From: Polymyxa betae A26-41
Taxonomy: Eukaryota; Protista; Endomyxa: Phytomyxea
Direction of reading: 5' to 3'
Length of the DNA stretch: 61,890 nucleotides
Assembly (NCBI GenBank): GCA_003693705.1
Contig: RBZT01000822.1
Coordinates: forward strand, 1-61,890
Part shown: positions 52,440 through 61,890 of the stretch, piece by piece
How positions within the stretch are numbered: the first letter of the stretch is position 1
Layout of the letters: each line of letters opens with the position of its first letter
Position numbers and translations under genes: made by a program
The notes under the pieces: model-generated
Database searches by the model: none
What the model saw: only the letters and a program-made list of their open reading frames with translations
What the model was told of the DNA's origin: nothing

Positions 52440-54705
52440 TCAATTCATGCAAAGATCGTGATTGATCATTTTGGCTGCAATTGGATGATAAAATTGACGA
52501 TGCTCTTTGAAAGCTGACACAGCGGCGTCCTTGCCAAACTTGCTTTTGAAAAGTTCGCGATAGAGCGGCCGCACATATTTCATTCGACCTTGAATTGTGA
52601 TGAACTCGATGACTTTGTCAAGTATCGTGGCATGCTCTACATGAATGCAGATGTTAAACCAACGGAACTTAACCTCGGCATTACAAGTCGAGCTGAAATT
52701 AAAACGGCTCTGAAAATGCAAACGTAATATCAACAACCAAGCCAAGCGAGGCAATGAGATAAACGTACCTCAAGTTTTTGGACCGTCTCAACAGCGAGCT
52801 TTTCTTTTTCAACAAGCAAAGCGTCCAAGAATGCAAGCAGTTGCCCGGCAGTGAATTTGCTGACGTCTGGTTCTTTTCCGTTCAGCCAGCCAAGAGCGGC
52901 ATCAGTGACATCCTTCATTAAGGACTGATCGAATTGCGGAATATGAGGTGGCATTCCTGGAGTATGCAACCAGGAATTCCAGTCGATTTGGGAGAGTTTG
53001 TCAGATTCATCACTGAAATAGTGATTAATGTCGGATTGAAACTGAGCGGTGCTGACAGTTTTCAGTCGGTGGCTTTGGATAAAATTCTTCAGAAACGCTT
53101 CGAACCGTTCTTTGCCGAAAAACGTTTCCAGGTAAAACAATAGGTTGAAACCTTTCTCATATGGAACAGCGGAGAAAGCATCATCGGGATCGACGCCTTC
53201 AAGCTTGGGACAAAGATTCGTTAAGGGATTGGATGCCCCAAAGTGCTCGATATCGTCCTGTAGGTGCTTCCAGCCGCCAATCGCTTGGAAATGGAATTGT
53301 GCATCTCCGTAAATCTTGCTCATAATTTTCCTCTCAACATAGACAGTGAAACCCTCATTCAACCAAAAATGCTACAATTTAAATCAATCGATGATGAGCC
53401 GCCAAACCGCTTCTGAACCAGATACCTCCCATGTAACATTTGTAACAAGATTTCCATGCCATGAATGTGCCTAAACATGGTAAGCAGACATGCGGTTATT
53501 GTTATGGCCCGCTTACGATTTCATGAGCCACGACGTTCGCAAGAGATTTATCTCCGGTTAGCAGAGTGGGAGTCTAGTCGTAAAACTATTCAGGAAGAAA
53601 TGTCAGCATAAACGTAGGATTCTCACCACGAACGTTAAGCAGGGGTTCTCCATGCCTCCATACGGGAAAGAAGGCGGCAGGCATAAGATGTCATACCGAG
53701 TCCATTCATAAGGACCGCAAATGGATTCGGCGGCTAGCTAAGGCTGAGTCTAAAGGGATGTGAAATCATTGTGATTCTACCCTTTAAAAAGTCTTCCGTT
53801 TGTGAGAAATCTAAACAGAAGTCAACTTTCCAAAATATTACATTGACATTTGGCACCTTCTGCCGCGGCGTTAACGATGCCTGGCTCAGCCCAGACAGCC
53901 GATCGCGGACCGATTTCTTTGGATTTCAGATGCCTACATTTAACGGCTAAATTCCAATAATGATTAGCACACACAGCGAATACCCAACAGCAAGAGCAAT
54001 CAGATAGCTGGGTATTGGAATGGGCTGTTCGAAAAAGTAAACGGTGCCGTCGGGTGATTCCGCCGGTGGCTTCGAGCTCAGTGCGCTCATTAAAGCGACG
54101 AGAGGAGGAGCGACAGTGATCCTGGCTGAATACGTTGCTTTAACCTGCGGCGAATCCTGGCATGGGACCATCGACCTGGCATGAATTGCCTGGCATTGAG
54201 TGAAGCAGAATGGATGGGTTCCTAAACGGCCTAACATTCAATAGACAATATGTCTAGTGAGGTGTAAGCCAACCTGACGCTGTCTGATGCGGTTGTAGCC
54301 ATTGGACAGCAGATCCCTGTGGTGTCGTGGCATACCTAATCGAGATCTGAATTTTATCGCCAGGATGGGCTGGCTTGAAAAGAGTGATTTTCAAAGGCCG
54401 GCCGAATTTCGATGCAGCGCCGAGCTCGAAACCCGCCGAGCGACGTTCAATCGATACTTCGACGATGATCAGATCGCAAGTATCCAGGACGACATGGGTG
54501 ACCCCTTCTGCATGAGCCTATAACTTGTGAACCTTCTGCAACGCAAGCAGTGGAAAGCAAGGCGCACCTGACAGGTTAGGACAGCGGTGCCAGCTAGAGA
54601 GCTGGATGGGAAATCGACTCCGAGCTCCAGGTCCAAATGCTGGACGCGAACCTGGTCACAGTTGGACAATGTCGATGGGTCCTTCTCGGTGTTCATGGGA
54701 GCCAT
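52440..54705 (-). CDS. LTA4H: Leukotriene A4 hydrolase-like M1 aminopeptidase
   Basis: [45 protein letters not shown] (HExxH), [26 protein letters not shown]. Confidence 0.96.
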
Positions 54706-55054
54706 ATCGGAATGATGATAGGACGAGATAAGGAAAGCTCACCTACCGGTAGGAGAGCCTCGTATCCGTGGATCGCGACAAGTCCACATTTTATCACCGA
54801 TCTACCTATTAGCTCGGCTACCAACATGATGCTCTGCATATAGTGGAACGCTTTTAGATTCTCACAATTGTCATGATATTCGAATGAAATTATTATCAGA
54901 CATATCGGGACATAACTCCTGATATAACAGGAATATGGTTTCTAATAACCTTACTGAAACTTCTTATAAATTTGAGCCGTTTAAAATCTTCAATGAAACG
55001 TATCTGCACGCATGGATCTTCAACTAGTCATTGTATGAATCAGAGTCAGAGCGA

Positions 55055-55523
55055 TTAGTATTCGCTGGAAGGTGTGAATCTCGGGCGACGGCCGAGCTGT
55101 GGCGGAATGTTATTCTCCTCGCACCACTTGAGAATTTTAGCACATTCTCGGTTTGTCATCCATTCCGGGCGAGGTAGATGGTCGCCTCCTTGATAGCCGC
55201 CATCTGGATCGGTCTCCGAAGCAGCCTTGAGCAGCGATTCGCCTTGGATAATCTCTCCGGTCGGCTTCATAACGATCTCAACAGCCGGCGCCGGTTCACG
55301 AGGAAAATACTCGATCTTATATTGCAGTTTCTCGCTGGTTTTAGGGAGAACCGGAGATTGGAACGAACTGACAGACGCGCGAAGTTCAAAAGTAATGCAA
55401 AATTGCAAATACAACAGCCAACCTCGGAGCCGCCCGAGTTTTACTTGGAATATACGGTTTGGACGCAGGATTAACGGTCCATAATCGTTTCAGCTTCGAC
55501 AGCCACGATGACCACGATGACAT
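55055..55523 (-). CDS. Small 2-exon protein, possibly complex I accessory subunit B14.5a (NDUFA7-like)
   Basis: MSSWSSWLSKLKRLW...RAAPS|SFQSPVLPKTSEKLQYKIEYFPRE loosely resembles the plant/algal NDUFA7 pattern. Identity is inferred. Confidence 0.45.
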
Positions 55524-55920
55524 CCCAGAAACTTCGACAGCAAATGTTGGCTTGTCACAAATTTAAGTTGCAAAACTCGCTAGCTGGAGGCTGCGCCGGC
55601 CAAAGTGTATTGAAAAGAAATGGCATTGTCTCTATTGCAAGAGAATGTCCATTTTACACGACAGAATTCGATGAGAATTGTTATCTATTTTACCTTTGAC
55701 ATAGTCCCAGATTGTGACAGCTATTTCATATTTGCAGATTTCGATATCACCAGTTTCGGAAATTCCTTGAAAATTTCATATGATGTTAAGTTTTTCTAGA
55801 ACACCGAAGGCATGTAACTGCCACCAAGCAACACTTTTCTAGGTAATCATAAGCAGAAACCAGGATAACAATAGATTTGCTTTTATTCAAGAATATTGTT
55901 TGTGAAGCTGGAGATTTCTA

Positions 55921-56925
55921 TCAGAATTTATAGATCATCTTGTCGGTGTATCCTAATGCAATCAACGCCGCAATCATTCCGTCTACGAACGGTTTCGGTC
56001 CGCAAACCAGAATTAAGGTCGAAGGACCAGGAGGCGGCATGTGCTCCTTGATCATCTCAGAAGTTACAAAACCTTTCCCGAACGACCAACCATCCGGTGA
56101 CTGAAGGCGGCCAAATTAATAAGAGCTTTACAAATATCAAGAGACCCTACGTTGTTCAAAGTATGGTAAACTTTGAAGAATGGCGAACGCTCCTGGAACT
56201 GCTCGAGCTGTTCTCGCATTAGAATGTCGCGTTCTTCGACATTACCGAAAACCAACGACATCTGGGTAGTGTCGTTCGGGTTGTCGAGAATCGCGCGAAT
56301 CACTTGGTACATCGGTGTGATGCCAGTACCACCTGCGAGCATCCCAATATGGGTCGCAACCGAATGTCCTCGAGGCCCCTGATCCACATTGTTAACGACG
56401 ATCGAAGTGCACAGAGCAAGCCGGACCGACCATATCGTACTGTCCCAGGCCGTTGTAGGTGAACCTGCCTTGTGGGCCTTTAACGAGAATCGAGTCACCA
56501 ATCTCCAGATTATCCAGGTACTGGGACATTTTTCCTTGAGGGTAGACTTTGATCAGAAGATCGAAATAGCCTGAGCGAAAGTCAGAAACAGAAAGCCAAG
56601 ATCAAAGCGCTTTCCAACCCATATCATCGTTGGTAGAAATCGGCGTGTATGGACGAGTGATCTGACCGCCACCGATTTGAGCCTGTACGTACAGATGCTT
56701 GCCGATCGGCAGGCCGAGGATGGATTTGGGTGTTTTCAGCCCGAATCGGAACAGGCGGGTATTGTGCGAAATATCGGTTTTACGAATCAATTTGAATCTG
56801 CGGAAATTCGCTGGATCAAGCGATGACTTTTCATCCACGATCGCCTTGCGCATATAAAAGTACAGGGTGGTGACGACAATCAGGCCGGTGACGGCGCCCA
56901 GCGCGATATCGTACGCCTGAAACAT
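55921..56925 (-). CDS. NADH-cytochrome b5 reductase with N-terminal anchor
   Basis: SHNTRLFRFGL, LGLPIGKH, RPYTPIS, GPTG, GMLAGGTGITPMYQV, VCGPKPF. Confidence 0.96.
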
Positions 56926-57217
56926 GGCCGGGCGAGGTCAACTTCGACAATGGCAAAGAAGTCTCCGCGGATGGCGAAACCACGAACATTTCTTACAAAG
57001 GAGGGCGCGGCCCCTTTCGTATCAAATTGTCTAAATACAGTACTGATAAAAACTGATAAATACACAACTCTGGTTTCTAGAAACGAATTCCTGCTGCATA
57101 ATTGTAATGTTACCTCGTGAATGACTGCCTAATTAGATGGTGTCATTAGCACAGGTGACAAAAGAGAGATGAGAATGGGATAATGGGCTCATAACGGAAA
57201 AAGCGTATGAACTCATC

Positions 57218-59208
57218 ATGGCAATGACGGGAGGGCGTCTTAGGAAACGCCGATCGACGTCTGTGCCGCCGGTGATGCGCCGATTTCAGCTTGCAGAGGG
57301 AGATAACGAATCGGTTTTGGAGGACGCCATGTCGGCCAAGAAGCAGAAAAATCAGACCCGAATTGACCCTCGCGATTTGAGTGGAATCGACCCGATTCAC
57401 ACAGAGCTGCGGCCGTCGCTGCTTAGTATTGATGCTGCTTTCTCACAGCAGAATTTTAGAGGATTCTATACTTTGGCAGGACTGATTCTGGTATTGAATG
57501 TTGACTGTCAAGGGTATGCTGATTGCTCATTCGTCCGAAGGTAGCCATGAATACTCGATTAGTCGTAGAGAACCTTCTTCAGGTATGATTGAATCGCATC
57601 ATTTGCTGTTAGTAACCTCCATCTTCAGTATGGTATGGTTTTATCCTGAGAAAGCGTAAACGATCCTGACTAAATACAGGGTTTCTGGTTGTTCCCAAAC
57701 CTGATGTCTTTCAGCGAATGTGGCGCGATCGCTGGCCTTGTGCTACGGTGGCAATGAGTAAGTATCTTTCATCTGACTCTATGTTGAAGCATTCATTTAT
57801 CTGTTAATCGCAGTCCTCCCTCTCTTCGTCGTTGGGGCTTACCTAACAGAATACTTAGCGTTTTACCGAAATATTGGAATATTTTTAACCGTTCTGATTA
57901 ATACCATTCTGGTGTCGGCACTGATAGTCATTCCAATCGCTATCATCCAAATCTCGTTTGCTGAAATAAGTAGGTCTCTGCTCGACATTACCGTTTGCTC
58001 TGCTCAGATCTTTCTTTAGTCTCCAGCACTTTCCTGTTGGGCATTGCTGTCATTTTGTCGATGAAAATCGTGTCGTTCGCGCATGTCCGGCATATCTACA
58101 GAACACGAGGTGAAGTATGCCATCCTCATACGACGTCGAAAGCAGGTGCAGCGGATACAAGCTTCACGCCTCCTCCACGTCTTTCACATCTGCTCTGGTT
58201 TATGTTTGCACCTACATTGTGCTATCAGGTTGCTGAGTGTCCTCATTCCTCATTTAATTGTAAATTGCGTCTCGTTAGGAAGTTTACCCTCGATCCAACA
58301 AGATACGGTAGTTACATCTGTTACAATGCAACAACAGCGTCATTCCTGGCTTTAGATTTGGATTTATCTTCCGGCGTTTATGTGAAATCGTATTCATACT
58401 AACCCTTCAGTTTGTGATGTTGCACCAGTATATCATGCCGACAATTAATCACGCGGTCGTACACGTTGACAATCGTGACATTGTTCGGTTAACTGAACGA
58501 ATTCTAAAATTGGCAATCCCGAACACTCTATTTTGGCTGATGTGCTTCTACATCATGTTCCATTCGACGTTGAATCTCACTGCAGAGATTCTTCGTTTCG
58601 GCGATCGCCGCTTCTATATGTAACTTGTTTGAACCGAATTATGCTTTTTCATGTATAAAGATCTTGTCAGGGATTGGTGGAACGCCCCCAGCCTGGGTGT
58701 ATATTGGTATGGCAACTCTAAACCAAAAATAAGCAGTCAAGATTGTCTAATTTTCATTTTAGGCGGACTTGGAATTTGCCTGTGTATGGAAACTCTGAGT
58801 TACACTGGCATAGCTTATAATTTCTCAGGCGCCATTGGATGTTACGCCATATATATGCTCCTGCGTTGAGGGCTGGAGCCCATCCAGTTCTGGCCCAGTT
58901 TCTTGCCTTTCTTCTATCTGCCGTTGTCCATGAATTGTTCATCTCAGTTCCTTGTCACATGGTCCAACTTTGGACGTTTTTGGCAATGATTTCTCAGGTC
59001 CCTTTGATTATTCTCACGGACAGAATCTACAAAAAGTGGAGACAGCCCATCTGGGGGAATGTAAGATAGTGATATTGCAAATGATATTGTCATTGAAAAC
59101 GTTCAGGTGATTTTCTGGTTCGCTTTCTGTATTTTCGGACAGCCTTTGTTGATGATTTTGTATGGACACGCATACGTAAAAATGTACATTCAGAAATCTA
59201 ACAATTAG
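57218..59208 (+). CDS. DGAT1: Diacylglycerol O-acyltransferase 1 (MBOAT), multi-exon with a 4-nt micro-exon
   Basis: NFRGF, NTRLVVENLLQYG, FAPTLCYQ, ERILKLAIPN...WL, AEILRFGDRRFY.DWWN, WNLPV, SAVVHE, WGN.IFW...FGQP. Confidence 0.95.
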
Positions 59209-59291
59209 TATACTGCACATGTAATCATCAACAAAAAGACCAGCTTTACAATGCATGGATATATATTTTTGAGACATTTAGCTTGCTAGAA

Positions 59292-60472
59292 TTAATGGGC
59301 GTGGGTTTTCTCCCAGTACGACAGATCACCTGGTTTTCTACATCACAAACATCAGTAAGAAACAGATGTTAACTTCTGAAAGATTACCTTGGGCAGAGGA
59401 AGTACAGAACTGATAGACCAGCAGCAAATACAAGGCAGAGGATTGACACTGTAATGTAAGCCCAGCCAAGGAACGGATTCTTTCCTCCTAGGAAGGATAT
59501 CGTCGAGATAACAATCGATTTCGAGCCACCAAACTCAGCGACATTATAATTGTTTTGTACAGTAAATTCCAGCTTATCGTTCACATTGATGTCCTTATTA
59601 TCTTGTTTGATTCGATACCTGTTCTCATATTATATTCGTCTCTGAAGGAAACGAATTGAATTACAGTTTCTTGAAAACCGGGAGCCCGGCCGCACGCATC
59701 CAGACTATAAAGTCTGGGTCATCAACTGGTTTGCCACCAAGCTCTGATAACGGCGAAAATTCGCTGCTTTTGTAGAAAGGATCGGTATGGAATTTATGAC
59801 GATCCGATTCCCACATGATATTTGTCTTATTCCAAGAGTCCCCTTGAATAACTAAGTTGAGAAGAGACGAGAGAGTAATGCCCATTTCGAATACCTTCGA
59901 GCTCGTTTCCATTCAGTTTAGCAGTAATCACATCATTAAAGTACGATTTAGCTATTAGACCACAAGGATATAGCACTTTGTGCTCATCGTTTGGATCATA
60001 TATTAGAGGATCGCATGACTTGAAATTTGTAGCCGCTTTTCCAGCAAGCTGGTCATCGTTTCGTGACTTTACATAGCGTCGATGATTCTAAGCAATTTGC
60101 TCAAGCAATGAATAACAAGGCAAACCGATATGATACCTGATACATCCCAGAAATTTTATAGTAAAAATAAACCGGGGAGGCCATTTTCTCAAGAACTGTA
60201 TGCGTAAATGTGCAAGTGCTGCCGATATTGCAGCCATCCGGGTATTGGACCTCCACCTCAACAACGCTCGAGTCGACAACGACAATCATAATCCCAATCG
60301 CGAGAAAGACGATGCCCGTGCAAAGAAATATCAGAATAATAGTCTTTGGTGTCATTAAAGGCTGGAACGCCTTTAAACGTTGCTGTTTAAAAGCCGTATC
60401 TAAACTGCATTAGTGGCAAAGTTTCCCAAGCAGTAATTCCTCACCCAACGGCTGCCTAATCCCTGGCGCCAT
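59292..60472 (-). CDS. CDC50: CDC50/LEM3 family flippase beta subunit
   Basis: AFKQQRLKAFQP, YQNHRRYVKSRND, PCGLIA, DFIVWMRAAGLPVFKKLY, LGGKNPFLGWAY. Confidence 0.96.
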
Positions 60473-61890
60473 GATACTCTGTTTGCAGGTCGCGGTTTCC
60501 TAGAATGTCGGCAGTCTCGGATGGGCTCGTGCCCTATCAGTAGTCCAGTGAATGAACTGGTCCAGAGCACAGCTAGAAATGTGCTGTTCTGATGTGCAGC
60601 AAGAGACAACTCAATCAATTGGGGTACTGGAAGGGTCACGGGAATATCTGCGGCCTCGAAACCGCTCTCTGTCGTCTTGGTTTGGCAGCGATGACACCGC
60701 CTGCCGCAAATCAGCCAAGTCGTAAAGAATAGCGTTTGTTCCAGATAATAAGCAAGTGACCACAGGCGAGAATGGAAACCGAATGGAATTCTCTCGAGAA
60801 CATCCCGTCTCACACCCATTAAAGCGTGACGATCGTGATGATGATGACGACTTTTCCAAGAGTTGATATTCCAAGAAGTATTTTGTTTTCAAATTCGAAT
60901 TATTCTAGGAACAATGTACATGGCAAAAGGATTCACGTCACGTTTTCGTCATTCTTTTCATACATATCCTCATACCAGAGGTACACATAAACCACTACAA
61001 CAAATTTTTCAATAAATTTGTATCAAAATTAGTGATGCCGACCAGGTTTATGATAAATTGATAATGTTACTTTCCATTGTAAAAGATGAAACACCTTGAT
61101 AAATTTTCATCAAATTTCAACAAGAAGTTTATGAAAATTATGGATGCCGATTGTCTTTAATGACCCCATACTGAGGATGAAAGGACAATTGAGAATCAAA
61201 ATCGACAATGTCTCAGGCCGATTTAAATTTGTATTTATGAGAGCAGTTTTGATATGATTCCGATTTCCGAATCTCGTTTTTTCTCTCATTGGATATCGTC
61301 AAGAACATCTCGCAAGAATGCTGGTTGATGTACAGCTGTCAACAATTAGCAATTCTCAGTTAGTGGCAGGGTCTCTTTCAAAATTCAAGCGAGACGGGTT
61401 GTTGTGATGAATGGCAGCGAGAGTTTCGCCGTAATAGAGCGAAATCTGCCTTAACGAATGCAGACATGATCAATTAAACGACATTGTTTTCGATAACTTT
61501 GCAAGGATCCTGTGCTCAATCAGAGTTGTAAACGTGCTTTCGGAGTGCATCGGCGGACCGGTTGCAAGAGCGACGACATCTGATGATCGTTTTGCAGGTG
61601 TTGTTCGTGAAAGCAAACCCGGGTAACAGTCTTATGCAAGGATGTCAGATTTGGGTGTGGCTTTTCAATGACAGTCCAAGATTAACAGTCTCAAAATGGC
61701 TTAGAAAGTTCAACGGTTCGACACTAACCTTCTCTTCGTTTACATCATGAATTTGCAGGAATCTCGAGGTTGTTTTTCAGCTCGTTTATCGTGTCACAAT
61801 GCTGTCAGAATTATACAGTAATCAGTAATCACGCATAAATTTAACAAGAGCTACAGTGAGGGCAGTTTTAAACCGACAACTTGTCTCAAT

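Noticed and set aside
60500-61890. Possible gene or AT-rich element at the window end
   Set aside because: Only short ORFs and weak degenerate AT-rich repeats; insufficient evidence.

Overview
Gene-dense eukaryotic (protist) DNA with about 25 mostly housekeeping genes. Introns are short (about 35-65 nt, mostly GT-AG, at least two probable GC-AG). The window also has flagellar/centriolar genes (CFAP100, CFAP57-like, rotatin), a trehalose synthase/phosphatase and TTTTAGGG repeats. Together these fit a phytomyxid rhizarian (Plasmodiophora/Polymyxa/Spongospora-like); this assignment is inferred, not shown. Gene models were built by manually splicing ORF fragments, so boundaries are predictions. 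Most unusual observations: (1) all three introns of the N-myristoyltransferase gene carry telomere-type repeats, which supply the likely branch point in two introns and form a perfect 20-nt inverted pair between introns 1 and 3; (2) a 4-nt micro-exon in DGAT1; (3) a TPS/TPP with a hidden N-terminal membrane-anchor exon and a degenerate synthase site; (4) atypical, possibly regulatory introns in U1-C and U2AF35; (5) a stack of three different MITE/foldback elements at 22.9-24.75 kb; (6) a small secreted, highly charged orphan protein. No rRNA, intact tRNA or CRISPR array was found.
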